Shown here piece by piece: positions 63,257-64,000 of a stretch of DNA of 64,000 nucleotides. Position 1 is the stretch's first letter; the number at the start of each line of letters is the position of its first letter. The stretch spans positions 20,956,001 through 21,020,000 of the forward strand of contig NC_043017.1 of NCBI RefSeq assembly GCF_006345805.1, in the 5' to 3' direction. Origin of the DNA: Octopus sinensis (Eukaryota). A program made the position numbers and the translations under genes. The notes beneath the pieces are model-generated. The model did not search any database, was not told where the DNA came from, and saw only the letters and a program-made list of their open reading frames with translations.

Positions 63257-63806
63257 GAGTGAGAGAGCAGTGCATGCCATCAAAGTGACACTAGGGTAGA
63301 AATACATGAAGCCCCATATACCCATCACAACTACCCGTCTGATAAGGGTACACCAGGCACATGCATCACAACCATATGTGCACGATATGGTGATCTCATA
63401 TCAAGATAAACAGCACATGACCTTGCAGGTGGTGCCCAGTTAGAAATTTCTTCTGGTCGAGTAACCCATCCCACTCAAAAGGTCCCTGAATAAGGGTTGT
63501 TTAAGGATGTTGAATGAAACACCCATGTTTCCAGAGGTGAATTATTCAAACCCCAAAGAATCCCTCTCAACACACGGCTATGATGCTCCCCCACTACTTC
63601 TGCTCATGATCAGAGATGCACATATCGTCAGCCACTAAGGGACATGCTCAACTGGTTAAGGTCAAACAACTGACAAGCAAATCTGTTGTATTGAGCAGAA
63701 TATTTGCTGTAGCCCATCTTTTATACCAAGACAAAACAATGTACATGATGACACTTCCAATCAGTTAAGATCAGAAGCCATGAGAGCCACTGCCTGGTAC
63801 TGCATC
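63257..63806 (-). mobile_element. Interspersed repeat D (~550 bp) flanked by (ATT)n on both sides
   Basis: Same family as 16446-16777; no ORF and no tRNA head recognised. Confidence 0.8.
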
Positions 63807-64000
63807 TATTATTATTATTATAATTATTATCATTATTATGATGGAAACATATTTCCAAATCTCTTTTTACCATAGGCACAAGGTGTGAACTTTTCTTTTG
63901 TTTATTTCATGTGGAGTGACAGGGAGGTCGAAATGGAGTTTAGTCAATTATCTTAACCCCACCAGTGTTCAATTGATTTCATTAACACCGAGAGAATGAA

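Overview
AT-rich eukaryotic DNA saturated with microsatellites ((TA)n, (CA)n, (GA)n, (AAT)n, (GATA)n) and interspersed repeats. The SINE repertoire and microsatellite density suggest an octopus-type cephalopod genome (inference, not checked against a database). I found no recognisable host protein-coding exon. Nearly all ORFs in the track are microsatellite artefacts, so this is probably a giant intron or gene desert. Recognisable coding remnants are all dead transposons: an L1/Tx1 LINE (1-1078), CR1/L2 3' ends (4.6-4.9 kb, 11.7-12.0 kb), an R4/Dong-like C-terminus in (TAA)n (62.4-62.7 kb) and three mariner remnants. There are also dozens of tRNA-headed SINEs of at least three families, TTAA MITEs, an 8-bp-TSD MITE, a probable solo LTR, several tandem arrays and a 100-N gap. 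The most interesting signal is a dispersed set of short (~170-500 bp) units embedded in (TA)n, several of them long fold-backs, that carry minimal type I hammerhead-ribozyme folds. One has a fully canonical core (42122-42210, minus strand), one has a U3-A8 core (54280-54321), and several are variant or decayed. They resemble Penelope-like pseudo-LTR or retrozyme-like elements. Repeat boundaries were read by eye and are approximate.
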